A stretch of DNA of 64,000 nucleotides, taken from positions 564,109 to 628,108 of the forward strand of contig NZ_BSST01000001.1 in the NCBI RefSeq assembly GCF_030161395.1, in the 5' to 3' direction. The notes below the pieces were generated by a model that saw only the letters and a list, made by a program, of their open reading frames with translations, ran no database searches and was not told the DNA's origin. The DNA comes from Thalassotalea insulae. GTDB lineage: Bacteria > Pseudomonadota > Gammaproteobacteria > Enterobacterales > Alteromonadaceae. The position numbers were made by a program, and so were the translations under genes. Positions 52,241 to 63,879 of the stretch are shown here, piece after piece (positions within the stretch are counted from its first letter, which is position 1; every line of letters starts with the position of its first letter).

Positions 52241-52447
52241 TTATATATGCGAAATTATGCTCCTGCAATTTCACCGTACCATACGTCCCTGTATATACAC
52301 GAAATTATGCTCCTGCAATTTCACTGTACCATACGTCCCTGTATATACACGAAATTATGCTCCTGCAATTTCACCGTACCATACGTCCCTGTATATACAC
52401 GAAATTATGCTCCTGCAATTTCACTGTACCATACGTCCCTGTATATA
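52241..52447. repeat. tandem array of about 4.2 copies of a 50-bp unit (tcctgcaatttcac[c/t]gtaccatacgtccctgtatatacacgaaattatgc)
   Basis: Direct repeats seen in the sequence; two unit variants (C/T) alternate; no intervening unique spacers. Confidence 0.85.
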
Positions 52448-52450
52448 AAA

Positions 52451-52480
52451 ATGCAGTTAAAGTTTTCACTTTAACTGCAT
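52451..52480 (-). terminator. intrinsic terminator of aspS (12-bp perfect stem atgcagttaaag/ctttaactgcat, then T-tract on minus strand)
   Basis: Perfect hairpin 29 nt downstream of aspS stop, followed on the minus strand by TTTTAT. Confidence 0.6.
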
Positions 52481-52508
52481 TGATTGTGCACTATATTGTC
52501 CCGGCTGA

Positions 52509-54287
52509 TTATTCGGATTCTTTTTCCTTAACAATCGTCTGGATGCCTAATTCTTGCAACTGTGCAGGGTTTGCTTGCCCCGGTGCATTAGTTAACGGGC
52601 AGGCTGCTGTCGTGGTTTTCGGGAAAGCCATAACATCGCGAATTGATGTCGCTCCTGTCATTAACATTACCAAGCGATCCAAGCCAAAAGCTAAACCAGC
52701 ATGTGGTGGCGCACCATATTGCAGTGCTTCAAGTAAGAAGCCAAATTTTTCCTGCGCTTCTTCATCACTAATACCAAGTATTCTAAATACCGTTGACTGC
52801 ATCGCTTGGTCGTGAATACGCACTGAGCCACCACCTAATTCGCAACCGTTTAATACCATGTCATAAGCATTAGATAACGCGCCAACTGGGTTTGCTGCTA
52901 ACTGCTCTGGCGTTAAATTAGTTGGTGCAGTAAACGGGTGATGCAATGCATGCATATGACCATCAATTTCTTCAAACATTGGGAAATCAACAACCCAAAG
53001 TGGTTTCCATTCATCGCTCACTAATCCTAAGTCTTCACCTAGTTTTAAACGTAAGGCACCTATTGCTTCACTCACTACAGTATAGTTATCGGCGCCAAAG
53101 AAAATAATATCCCCGGTCTGTGCATTAGTGCGATCTAATAACGCATTTACTGACGTTTCATCCAAGAATTTTAAAATTGGCGACTGCAAGCCTTCAAGGC
53201 CTGCATCACGATCATTAACTTTCATCCATGGCATACCTTTTGCGCCATAAATACCAACAAATTTAGTTAAATCATCGATATTCTTACGAGAAAATTGACT
53301 TGCGCCTTGTGGCACATTAATCACGGCAACACGGCCTTTTTCATCATTAGCTGGGCCTGAGAACACTTTAAATTCAACGTCTTTTAAAATATCGGCAACA
53401 TCAACAATTTCTAGCGGGTTACGTAAATCAGGTTTATCTGAACCAAAACGGCGCATCGCTTCACTGTATGGCATGCGCGGGAAATCACCTAAATCTACGT
53501 TAAGTAGCTTTTGGAACAGTTCACGGATCATAGTTTCCGTTACTGCCATTACCTGGTCAGCACTCATAAACGACGTTTCAATATCGATTTGAGTAAATTC
53601 AGGCTGACGATCGGCACGTAAATCTTCATCACGGAAACATTTAACGATTTGGTAGTAACGCTCCATACCTGACATCATCAACAATTGTTTAAATAATTGT
53701 GGAGATTGCGGTAACGCAAAGAATTGTCCTTTATGCGTACGACTCGGCACTAAATAATCACGCGCACCTTCTGGCGTCGCTGCGGTTAAAATTGGCGTTT
53801 CAATATCTAAAAAGCCTTGATTTTCTAATGATTCACGTACCGCTGACGTTACTTTCGCACGAAAACGTAAACGTTCTGTCATCTCGGTGCGACGTAAATC
53901 TAAATAACGATATTTTAATCGCTGCTCTTCCGAGTTATGTTGATTGGAGTCCAATGGTAATGGCGCAGACTTATTTAAAATATTAAGCTCTAAACCTAAT
54001 ACTTCAATAGCACCAGTTGCCATGTCTTTATTCACTTGTCCTTCAGGGCGGGCACGTACTTTACCTTTAACCTGAACACAAAATTCATTGCGTAAAGTGT
54101 TAGCAACGTCTAATACTTCAGGTAAATCAGGATCATAAACCACCTGTACTAAACCTTCACGGTCTCGAAGATCTAAAAAGATCACCGCCCCTAAATCACG
54201 ACGACGATTCACCCAACCACAAAGGGTAACTTCCTGACCAATATGAGATTCATTGACCTCACCACAATAAAGACTGCGCATACTCAT
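52509..54287 (-). CDS. aspS: aspartate--tRNA ligase
   Basis: 592 aa; class II aaRS motifs, N-terminal OB anticodon-binding domain, highly conserved AspRS sequence. Confidence 0.95.
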   Translation of the reverse strand: MSMRSLYCGEVNESHIGQEVTLCGWVNRRRDLGAVIFLDLRDREGLVQVVYDPDLPEVLDVANTLRNEFCVQVKGKVRARPEGQVNKDMATGAIEVLGLELNILNKSAPLPLDSNQHNSEEQRLKYRYLDLRRTEMTERLRFRAKVTSAVRESLENQGFLDIETPILTAATPEGARDYLVPSRTHKGQFFALPQSPQLFKQLLMMSGMERYYQIVKCFRDEDLRADRQPEFTQIDIETSFMSADQVMAVTETMIRELFQKLLNVDLGDFPRMPYSEAMRRFGSDKPDLRNPLEIVDVADILKDVEFKVFSGPANDEKGRVAVINVPQGASQFSRKNIDDLTKFVGIYGAKGMPWMKVNDRDAGLEGLQSPILKFLDETSVNALLDRTNAQTGDIIFFGADNYTVVSEAIGALRLKLGEDLGLVSDEWKPLWVVDFPMFEEIDGHMHALHHPFTAPTNLTPEQLAANPVGALSNAYDMVLNGCELGGGSVRIHDQAMQSTVFRILGISDEEAQEKFGFLLEALQYGAPPHAGLAFGLDRLVMLMTGATSIRDVMAFPKTTTAACPLTNAPGQANPAQLQELGIQTIVKEKESE

Positions 54288-54395
54288 TTTGCCTTGATTA
54301 CTCGAAATATTAGCGACGAATTATTCGCTATTTTCTTTTAGGATAAAAATTTGCCGCCATTATAAAGCAATAGATAGGAATGTCACCTAGGGGGC

Positions 54396-57230
54396 CTAAT
54401 TAAATACGTAGTGATTTTTCCCTGACATTTTCACTTTATACATCAGGGAGTCAGCTTCTTTGAGTAGATCTGATTCCGAGGTGCCATCTTCAGGATATAT
54501 AGCAATACCAATACTACAACCAATTCTTGCCTCAACTTTTGATAATTCAAACGGTTGCTGTACCAATTTCAGCACTTTATCTGCGATAAATCCTGCTTCT
54601 TCCCGACGATGTAACCCGGTTAACAATAAAACAAATTCATCGCCACCAAAACGTACTATGGTATCTGACTGCCTGACACAGCCTTTTAGCCGTTTTGCAA
54701 CTTCCACTAACAGTTCATCGCCAACGTCATGACCATATGTGTCATTAATATTTTTAAAACCATCTAAATCAATAAACAATACCGAGAGCATTAATGATTG
54801 CCGCTTATGAAAGCTGATCGCCGCCATCATTCTATCTTTTAATAATACCCGGTTTGCCAGCCCGGTTAATTCGTCATGAGTCGCCATATGTTTCATTTTA
54901 GCTTCGAGTGACTTTCTTGCTTTTATCTCCTGATATAACCTGCGATTCCAGATAACTATGACGATGATGATCACTAAAATGATGATGCCTATCTGAGCGG
55001 ATAACTTCAACACGGTATCTTTGTCCAACCCTGTGGCTAGATTAATGGCAAACCATTTTTCATATATCTGTTGTTGTTCGTTGCTGGTGATCGATAACAA
55101 CGCTTTATCCAAAATTGATTTTAATTCGGGCCAATCGTTACGAATAGCAAAACTATTTTGGTCAACGTTAAACTCATCTACCACAGACATATCCAAGGTC
55201 ACTAAGCTTTCCCTGCCAATAAGCTCAGATGCTGTCGCGATATTTTCAATCAAGCCCTGTACGACCCCGCGCTTCACCGCAAGCAAACCTTCTTCGTCAT
55301 TATCAACCAGACGTAAATTAACGTTAGGATGATGTTGACGTATCTTATTGATCAGATGATAACCTCTAATAATCGCCAGTTCTTTACCATAAAAATCTTT
55401 AATACTGGAGAGTTTTCCTTCTTGTCGCTGATGGATCACCACCCAAGGCATATCCCAGTATGTGTCGCTAAAGAGTAAAGATTTTTTACGTTCTTCTGTC
55501 GGCGTCGCACTACCTAACACATCCACTTTTTTCGCCTGCAGCGCACTTAACATTTCATTCCAACTATCAAATAAGGTATAGGTAAAATTAACGCCTGTTC
55601 GCTGTTCTATCAGGCGGTTAACATCAATATTAATCCCTTGAACCACTCCATTTTGATCGACAAATTCAACTGGACGCCAATCACGATTAATGCCCATATT
55701 GATCACTGGGTGCTGGGCAATAAAGTCATATTCTTTATTGGTTAGCGTCACCTGATTGGCATTCATTTGATAATAGCCATCACCAGGTTGTGACAACCAG
55801 CGTTTTTCAATCTCGATTAGTTTTTCCACAGGCATCAGGTTAAAGCCGTCTCTGACTATTTCAGCTAGTCGACTGTTATCTTTTTGCGTCAATGCATATA
55901 TTGGTGAGATGAATGGACTACGTTCAAAGCTGTAATACTGCTCGCTTAAATTCGCCAAACTGAGTTCCATTTGCATATTCTCAACCGACCCCAACATAGC
56001 ATCTATCGCACCAACTTCTGCCGCCCGTATCATGTCTTGGTAATGTCGATAGGTCATCAATTGAATCTGAGGATAGTTCTTTTTAAGACCTTGCAAATAG
56101 GGAGCCGCTTTTAAGACCCCAAGTTTCTGACCCGCAAGCTGCGACAAGCGATTGAGCTTTGTCATGTGATTCGGCAAATAAACATTAGAAGCAACCGCAT
56201 AAATTTGCTGTGCCGCTGATAAGTTTGCATTTGCCAGATCATTTTCCGGATAGGCGATATGAATATCCGCCCCCCCTTGCGTGATCACCTCAATGGCATC
56301 TGTCATTGATTGAGGAACGAATTCTATTTCAACTCCCATGAGCTCTGCCCAAAAGCGCCAGATATCAATAAATAAACCTTGAGGTTTTCCTGAGGGAGAA
56401 ATCGCCATATAAGGCGGTAGTTCCGGAGTAAAAACTAACGTTAATACGTCATTTTTTTTCGCCACTCCAAGCCATTTTTTTTCAATCGCCACTTTTTCTT
56501 GCGGGCTTATACGATTAAAACCTTGTTCAATAAATTCAATTAATGCCTGATTACCTTTCTCAACAGCGGCAACATATTTCCCCTGAGCAAATAATACTCG
56601 TTTATAAGCAGGAAATTGCAATTGTAGATCGTTATAGCGAGGATAATTTTCCGACAACTTATCTAAATTAGAAAATGCAGCCACCTCACCTGCCAGCGCG
56701 GCACTATATAGCGCAAAACGACTTTTATATTGGCGTAACTTTAATTTTGGATGCAATAACGCGAGCTGTTCAACATGACTGGAACCGGCAACCACGCCGA
56801 TAGTAAAAGGTAATAATTGTTCAACGGAGGTCAGATTCACAAGATCCCGCTGCACCCTAATATAATTATTTAATTCAAAAAATGGTGCACTAAAGCTAAA
56901 AAACTCATTACGTTTTGGCGTTTGCTCCATCCCCGCATGAATATCAATAGTACCTGATTTGACCTTATCTATTGTTTGCTGCCAGGGTGAAATAACAAAC
57001 TCAAGTTCAACTTGTTGCTTCTTCGCCCATAACTTCCACAAATCCACCATAATGCCGGCGGCTAGTCCTTGACTATCTTGAAAATGGTAGGGATAGGATG
57101 TTTGATTAACGGCGACGCTCAGAGGGCGACTGCTATCAATAGTCGTTTGCGCGAAAAGCTCACTACTGATCAGTAAACCAATAAGTACCAAGTTAGATAC
57201 TAATATTGATTGTAAGCGAGTTAGCAGCAT
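54396..57230 (-). CDS. sensor diguanylate cyclase: two periplasmic solute-binding (SBP family 3-like) domains, TM helix, GGDEF domain
   Basis: 944 aa; signal/TM, tandem periplasmic binding domains, TM segment (…IGIIILVIIIVIVIW…), C-terminal GGDEF with intact RFGGDEFVLLL active site. Confidence 0.8.
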   Translation of the reverse strand: MLLTRLQSILVSNLVLIGLLISSELFAQTTIDSSRPLSVAVNQTSYPYHFQDSQGLAAGIMVDLWKLWAKKQQVELEFVISPWQQTIDKVKSGTIDIHAGMEQTPKRNEFFSFSAPFFELNNYIRVQRDLVNLTSVEQLLPFTIGVVAGSSHVEQLALLHPKLKLRQYKSRFALYSAALAGEVAAFSNLDKLSENYPRYNDLQLQFPAYKRVLFAQGKYVAAVEKGNQALIEFIEQGFNRISPQEKVAIEKKWLGVAKKNDVLTLVFTPELPPYMAISPSGKPQGLFIDIWRFWAELMGVEIEFVPQSMTDAIEVITQGGADIHIAYPENDLANANLSAAQQIYAVASNVYLPNHMTKLNRLSQLAGQKLGVLKAAPYLQGLKKNYPQIQLMTYRHYQDMIRAAEVGAIDAMLGSVENMQMELSLANLSEQYYSFERSPFISPIYALTQKDNSRLAEIVRDGFNLMPVEKLIEIEKRWLSQPGDGYYQMNANQVTLTNKEYDFIAQHPVINMGINRDWRPVEFVDQNGVVQGINIDVNRLIEQRTGVNFTYTLFDSWNEMLSALQAKKVDVLGSATPTEERKKSLLFSDTYWDMPWVVIHQRQEGKLSSIKDFYGKELAIIRGYHLINKIRQHHPNVNLRLVDNDEEGLLAVKRGVVQGLIENIATASELIGRESLVTLDMSVVDEFNVDQNSFAIRNDWPELKSILDKALLSITSNEQQQIYEKWFAINLATGLDKDTVLKLSAQIGIIILVIIIVIVIWNRRLYQEIKARKSLEAKMKHMATHDELTGLANRVLLKDRMMAAISFHKRQSLMLSVLFIDLDGFKNINDTYGHDVGDELLVEVAKRLKGCVRQSDTIVRFGGDEFVLLLTGLHRREEAGFIADKVLKLVQQPFELSKVEARIGCSIGIAIYPEDGTSESDLLKEADSLMYKVKMSGKNHYVFN

Positions 57231-57349
57231 TTCTATCCCTATTTAAGCGTTATGATCCAATGAACAGACAACTTTTATCATTAACATTTAACTTTATTTG
57301 CAATACATTTTATAACCTACAACTTTTCAGTTAAAATACCAATACTTAA

Positions 57350-58107
<758 letters not shown>

Positions 58108-58108
<1 letters not shown>

Positions 58109-59070
58109 TGAATTTTAATACCTTTTATCAGCAAATCGCCCAAAACCGATTAGCCGGTTGGCTTAACACTTTACCGGCACAACTAACACAATGGCAAAAG
58201 GACCAGTTACATGGTGAATTTGCCCAATGGCAAAAAACCTTAGATGCACTTCCCAACACGACACCGTCAAACGTTGACTTAACTAACGGTGTAATTGTCG
58301 GTGACAGCAATGATATTACCCCGGGTGAATATAAACGCATAGAGAACCTGCTGAGAAAATTCAAACCTTGGCGCAAAGGCCCCTACCATATTCATGGCCT
58401 GCATATAGATACAGAATGGCGTTCCGATTTTAAATGGGATCGTTTAGCACCACATATTAGCTCACTTCAGGATAAGTATGTGCTGGACATAGGTTGCGGC
58501 AGTGGCTATCACCTATGGCGGATGCGCGGCAACGGCGCTAAATTTGTTGTCGGCATCGATCCGACCCAGCTATTTTATACTCAATTTAATGCCATTCAGC
58601 ATTTTATTAATGACCCGGCGGTAAACCTATTACCCTTAGGAGTCGAAGATTTACCGGAGCTCGAAGCATTTGATAGCGTGTTTGCAATGGGAGTTTTGTA
58701 CCACAGACGTTCACCAATCGATTTTCTCTATCAGTTGAAAGCACAACTGGTTAAAGGTGGTGAACTGGTACTCGAAACTTTAGTGGTTGATGGTGATGCT
58801 AATACGGTATTAGTACCAGGGGAACGTTACGCTAAAATGCGAAATGTCTGGTTTTTACCTAGCTGTGAGGCAATGTCTGGCTGGCTCACACGTTGTGGCT
58901 TTAGTAATATTCGGGTAGTGGATACTGATATCACCTCATTTGAAGAGCAGCGAAAGACTGACTGGATAGACACAGAATCGCTACAGGACTTTCTTGACCC
59001 TGCTGATCCAAGCAAAACTATTGAAGGTTATCCAGCACCGAAACGTGCCATTTTTATTGCCAACAAGTAA
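58108..59070 (+). CDS. cmoB: tRNA U34 carboxymethyltransferase
   Basis: 320 aa; conserved CmoB sequence (…DIGCGSGYH…), operon with cmoA. Confidence 0.9.
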
Positions 59071-59078
59071 CGTTAAAA

Positions 59079-59819
59079 CTAATTAAGGTAGTTATTTAAC
59101 ATATCCTGATAGCTACCATTTTCTTTTAGCCGTTTAATGCCACGATTAAATTTATCGCGAATTGCTGGTGAACGGAAACCGGCGACATAATTACGTTGAT
59201 TAAAAATATAATGCACGGTGATCGGCTTATCATAGATAGCTTGGTGATGGTGTTTAATAAAATATTTTAAAATATTAGTATCCAGAATAATCACTTCAGC
59301 ACGACGGAGAAATAACATTTCAATTTGCTGCTTTTGATCACCTATTTCTCGGTAATCCAGCAAATACGCGACCGTTTCACTGTACTTATCCCCTAAGAAT
59401 TTTCGCGCATTTTGAAAAGCGACCACATGCTTACCCGAAAGATCGGCTATTTTCTCAATCGACAGCTGACTTTCGGCTAAACTGACGGCCACATTCTGAT
59501 AACTAATATAAGGGGTAGATAAATGTAAGGCAGGATGCTGGTAATCTTGTGGCAAAGTGGTGACGCCATCCGCATTTAAACGTTGAAAACCTGTAATATT
59601 ACGACCAAGCGGCATTTGTAAAAACTTAACATCCAGCTCATCAAATGCCAGTGCCGCCTTGAGAATATCGAGCTGCATGCCATGACCTTGCTCATCGGTA
59701 ATAAAAGGTGCCTTTGCTAATCCCGCCACCATTTCAATTGTTTCTTCGGTTTGCTTTGCCTCGCTAAACAAAGGTAGTACTAACAAAAGAAACAGGCAGA
59801 AGAGTGATTGAATTTGCAT
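59079..59819 (-). CDS. periplasmic substrate-binding (SBP family 3-like) domain protein
   Basis: 246 aa with signal peptide; weak similarity to amino-acid ABC transporter binding proteins; no adjacent permease/ATPase. Confidence 0.5.
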   Translation of the reverse strand: MQIQSLFCLFLLLVLPLFSEAKQTEETIEMVAGLAKAPFITDEQGHGMQLDILKAALAFDELDVKFLQMPLGRNITGFQRLNADGVTTLPQDYQHPALHLSTPYISYQNVAVSLAESQLSIEKIADLSGKHVVAFQNARKFLGDKYSETVAYLLDYREIGDQKQQIEMLFLRRAEVIILDTNILKYFIKHHHQAIYDKPITVHYIFNQRNYVAGFRSPAIRDKFNRGIKRLKENGSYQDMLNNYLN

Positions 59820-59953
59820 TTCAAGAGCCTTAGTAAGACAGATAAAAGCTTGTACAGCAACAAATAAATTGGGTAAGGTATCAGCTAATAGCGATAGCTG
59901 GCTTGCATCTTAGCACGATAAAAATAAATGCTAAAATAATAATTGGGGAGTTT

Positions 59954-61300
59954 ATGAACGACATTTGGTCTGAACGGCAATTAACCAAACTGGTCCAGCG
60001 TAAAGACGATCACCGCAGCCCTTTTCAACGTGACCGGGCTAGAATACTGCACTCTGCAGCATTTAGGCGACTCCAATCAAAAACTCAGGTTATGGGCAGT
60101 GGTCAAAGTGATTTCTATCGTACTCGACTGACCCATTCACTGGAAGCAGCGCAAATTGGCTCTGGCATCAGCGCTCAGTTAAGAAATAAATACCCTGAGC
60201 TCAGTGCGGCACTTTTTCCTAATGACGACACCCTAATTGAATCTTTATGCCTTGCCCATGATATCGGTCACCCCCCTTTTGGTCACGGTGGTGAAGTAGC
60301 ACTGAACTTTATGATGAGAAATCACGGTGGCTTTGAAGGTAACGGCCAAACATTTCGTATTGTTTCCTACCTTGAACCCTTTAGCGAACATCACGGCATG
60401 AATTTGGCGCGCCGAACTTTATTGGGATTAGTCAAATACCCACAAACTTTAGATCAACTCAGTAATAATAAAAGCCCCACTATTCCTGATAACTTTCGCC
60501 AGCTGAAAGCCGCTGACTGGCATCCAGCAAAAGGCCTGTTTCAAGACGATATTAATACCTTAAACTGGCTGTTAGCTCCATTATCAGACGCAGATCGGCA
60601 GCTCTTTCAGCAAAGCCAGCAACAAGAAAATGCTCATAGCAAAACCTTATATAAATCGTTAGATTGTTCAATTATGGAGTTGGCAGATGATATTGCTTAT
60701 GGCATTCATGATTTAGAAGATGCCATTGTTACTGGCGTGGTACAGCAAGCCGATTTTGAACAATATGTTATTGCACCACTAACAGAACTTGATGACTCTT
60801 GGCTACAGCAACTCACTCAGGAGCTATCGGCACAATTATTTAGCCAAAAAACTTATCAGCAAAAAGAAGCAATTGGCGGCTTAGTGAATTACCTGATCAC
60901 CGCTATTGTACTGGTCGATTTAAATAAAAAGCTGCAGTTAACTTTTAACGAGCCATTATTAAGATACAATGCCAAGCATCCACCAAATGCATGCAAAGTA
61001 TTGCAAATATTCAAACGCTTTGTCTTTGATTTTGTTATCAAACGCACGGAAATCCAACATCACGAATACCGAGGTCAGCAAATCGTGATGGAATTATTTG
61101 AAGCGCTCGCCTCTGACCCACAAAGATTGCTACCTAAAAACGCCTTACATGCTTACAAGCAGGCCGAGACCAATGGCTTAAACAGCTACAGGGTGATCGC
61201 CGACTATGTTGCCGGCATGACAGATGACTTTGCCACCCATCTCTATCAAAGCCTGTTTATCCCAAGTAATACACTTAGCCGCCATGACTTACACGGTTAA
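59954..61300 (+). CDS. dGTPase-like deoxynucleoside triphosphate triphosphohydrolase (HD domain)
   Basis: ATG at 59954 after GGGGAG RBS (ORF track opens at 59903); HD motif …HDIGHPPFGH…, Dgt-family architecture. Confidence 0.8.
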   Translation: MNDIWSERQLTKLVQRKDDHRSPFQRDRARILHSAAFRRLQSKTQVMGSGQSDFYRTRLTHSLEAAQIGSGISAQLRNKYPELSAALFPNDDTLIESLCLAHDIGHPPFGHGGEVALNFMMRNHGGFEGNGQTFRIVSYLEPFSEHHGMNLARRTLLGLVKYPQTLDQLSNNKSPTIPDNFRQLKAADWHPAKGLFQDDINTLNWLLAPLSDADRQLFQQSQQQENAHSKTLYKSLDCSIMELADDIAYGIHDLEDAIVTGVVQQADFEQYVIAPLTELDDSWLQQLTQELSAQLFSQKTYQQKEAIGGLVNYLITAIVLVDLNKKLQLTFNEPLLRYNAKHPPNACKVLQIFKRFVFDFVIKRTEIQHHEYRGQQIVMELFEALASDPQRLLPKNALHAYKQAETNGLNSYRVIADYVAGMTDDFATHLYQSLFIPSNTLSRHDLHG

Positions 61301-61324
61301 GCTGAATTAATCGAGACAAGGCAT

Positions 61325-62377
61325 TCAGTCACAAACAAATGGCTGAATGCAATCTAACGCCTGCGTCTCAATAACAGCTGCTAGCTGCTGCGCCATTTGC
61401 TCCGTTTGCGCCAACACCGTTTGCCAGTATTTAATCCGCGTTGTTGCTTGCATTTCAGTAAAATCATTACGATCAGGAATTTTTCCATAAGGCAGTGAGG
61501 CAATAAATTTCTTCGACGGACAAACCAATACCACATTGTCATAGTTTTTCGGCGTGACTTGTCGTTTCAGGTTTTTATCAAACCAACCCGCCTTAGGCTG
61601 GGCATTAAAATGCGGATATAACACTAACCCAGGATTATCAATTTTAATATCAAAGTGATAATCAATAATGCCGCCATCACGATACATGCCTGGAGGCGAG
61701 CCTGGAATGTCTTTAACTCCTTGCATCACCAGCGGAATGGAGCCTGAAGCCAATAACGCCAGCTGAAGGTTTTCACCAGTTAAGGCAAGCTGTTTAGTGG
61801 TAAAAGCGCTTGGATCTGAAAAGCTTAAATTACTGCTTTGTGGCTGAAAAACAAAACGTTGATACTGAGTGCGCAACAACTTACGATTAAGCCGATTGAG
61901 GCCATAACTGGCAAACAAACCCGCCCCCTGCAACCACTTATTTTCACTGGCAGTAAAACCATTACTTTTAGCAACAATAAAGTGTGCTTTAAATATTGGG
62001 TTATTAATGATTTCCTGCTCACCATGCTCACCCAGCATCAACGCCAATAACTCTTTCGCTTTTGTCGTGATTTCAGCGGCATTTGCCTTAGCAGAATAAA
62101 CGGTTTGCGAATAGTGAGTCGCTAAACGTTCAATCGCCGCGACCGGATCCTCTTGTGCAAAACAAGCGGCACGAAATGCGCCAGCACTTGAGCCTAGGAT
62201 ATTGAGCGTTTGAGTCCGACCATGAAAAAACTCGCCAAACAAATAGCGGTCAAGCTGATACAAGATAAACCATTTAGGCCCACCACTGGCACCAAGAAAA
62301 GTGGAAAACAGCTCTTGCTTAAAACCTTGTTCTTTAATCGTGTTAAGCGCAGTTTTGCCAGCAAAAATTTCTATCAT
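61325..62377 (-). CDS. patatin-like phospholipase family protein
   Basis: 350 aa; oxyanion-hole-like GASGG and nucleophile GSSAG (G-x-S-x-G), Asp-containing C-terminal region. Confidence 0.7.
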   Translation of the reverse strand: MIEIFAGKTALNTIKEQGFKQELFSTFLGASGGPKWFILYQLDRYLFGEFFHGRTQTLNILGSSAGAFRAACFAQEDPVAAIERLATHYSQTVYSAKANAAEITTKAKELLALMLGEHGEQEIINNPIFKAHFIVAKSNGFTASENKWLQGAGLFASYGLNRLNRKLLRTQYQRFVFQPQSSNLSFSDPSAFTTKQLALTGENLQLALLASGSIPLVMQGVKDIPGSPPGMYRDGGIIDYHFDIKIDNPGLVLYPHFNAQPKAGWFDKNLKRQVTPKNYDNVVLVCPSKKFIASLPYGKIPDRNDFTEMQATTRIKYWQTVLAQTEQMAQQLAAVIETQALDCIQPFVCD

Positions 62378-62415
62378 AGATAGCTAAATCCCTAAGATAA
62401 TTAGACAAACAAAAG

Positions 62416-63201
62416 CTAAATGCTGATTTCACCTTTAAGATAAGCCACACACTGACCGATCAGTTCAACCCGTTGTTCCTTAATCTGACAAATCACTTCA
62501 CCACTACGTTCAGATAATTGCTTGGCATTTAGGTGAGTTTTAGCTAATTTTTTCGCCCAGTAAGGCGCTAGCTGGCAATGCGCCGAACCAGTAACTGGAT
62601 CTTCATTAACGTCGAGTTTAGGAAAGAAACAGCGAGATACAAAATCATTCTGCTCGCCAGGCGCTGTGATCACTACACCGCGTAAATCTAACTGGCGCCA
62701 AGCAAGAAAATCAGGCTGAAAATCAACTACCTGCTGCTCATTTTCCATAACAATGATATAATCAAACCCAGCAACAACCTCGACGACACCTTGAACATCT
62801 GGCGCTAATAAATGCGCAGGTGCTTTAATCTCCTCAGGCTGTGTCGCAGGAAAATCCATCAACATCCCCTGCGCTGTTTTAGTCACGGTTAACGGACCAC
62901 TGCGACTGGAAAAGGTAATTGAATCCTCAGTATGATCGCTATAGTTAAATATCACTTCGGCCGCTGCTAATGTCGCATGACCACATAAATCGACTTCTGC
63001 TGCAGGGGTAAACCAACGGAGCTGGTATTGCTCACCGTTTCGCAGGTAAAACGCAGTTTCCGATAAATTATTTTCCTGGGCAATTGCCTGCAACAACTCA
63101 TCGCTGAGCCAATGAGTTAAAGGTACAACTGCAGCGGGATTGCCCTGAAACCTTTGTTTAGCAAAGGCATCAATTTGATAAATAGGTAAACTTGTTGACA
63201 T
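62416..63201 (-). CDS. PhzF-family isomerase-like protein (YddE-like)
   Basis: 261 aa; MSTSLPIYQIDAFAKQRFQGNPAAVVPL… characteristic of PhzF/DAP-epimerase-fold proteins. Confidence 0.8.
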   Translation of the reverse strand: MSTSLPIYQIDAFAKQRFQGNPAAVVPLTHWLSDELLQAIAQENNLSETAFYLRNGEQYQLRWFTPAAEVDLCGHATLAAAEVIFNYSDHTEDSITFSSRSGPLTVTKTAQGMLMDFPATQPEEIKAPAHLLAPDVQGVVEVVAGFDYIIVMENEQQVVDFQPDFLAWRQLDLRGVVITAPGEQNDFVSRCFFPKLDVNEDPVTGSAHCQLAPYWAKKLAKTHLNAKQLSERSGEVICQIKEQRVELIGQCVAYLKGEISI

Positions 63202-63489
63202 TAATACTCCTTAGCTTTTTGATATAGAGCACAGGCTGCACCGGCAAGATCTTTGATCACTACGTACTTATCCTGGCCCATGGTTTTAATCTCAATGACT
63301 AGTTCCCGCAACAGCCTAGCCTAAGGATGACGATAACATGGTAACATCATCGTACTCTCCCATCGATACCGGCTGTGCTTACCAAGCAATCACCTGCTGA
63401 TAAAAACCTTTAGCCAGCTCTGCATTTGAGACGGATAAATCTAACCAGGCCATTTCTTGCAATTGCTCGCTCATTTTCTGCTCCTTTCA

Positions 63490-63879
63490 TTATTCCGTTA
63501 ATTCGCTTCTGCCCCGCTTTGGGTTTGCCGGATAGTATTTTTCAGGCAAACAGCTAATATGCTCAAAAAAGCGGGTATCTTTATAAGGCAGCTTCATAAA
63601 ACCAGAAATTCCCTGTCCAGTAATGGTTGGCAGCAACTGTAATAACTGTTCCAGACACTGACTAAATTCTCGCTCTTTATCGTGATTAAGCAACATTAAA
63701 TAGCTATGAATTTTCAAATGGGTTGGCAATACTTCAAAAATAATACAGCCGGTATGATGAATAAGGTTTAATTGCGCCAGCACCGCCATTATTTCATCCG
63801 GCAAATACAAATACTCATCGGGATCTTTACCATCTTCAAAATAAGAATGCAGCCGAGTAACATCTTCAACATCTGGCAC
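63490..63879 (-). CDS. hypothetical protein
   Basis: 129-aa ORF with no recognisable motifs. Confidence 0.4.
   Translation of the reverse strand: MPDVEDVTRLHSYFEDGKDPDEYLYLPDEIMAVLAQLNLIHHTGCIIFEVLPTHLKIHSYLMLLNHDKEREFSQCLEQLLQLLPTITGQGISGFMKLPYKDTRFFEHISCLPEKYYPANPKRGRSELTE

Noticed and set aside
52241-52447. Possible CRISPR array
   Set aside because: Units are directly tandem (50 bp, about 4 copies) with no unique spacers, and no cas genes are nearby. It is a simple tandem repeat.
59954-61300. Declaring the dGTPase-like gene an anti-phage dNTP-depletion system
   Set aside because: Its architecture is that of the common Dgt paralogue and there is no operonic partner. It is kept only as a low-interest note.
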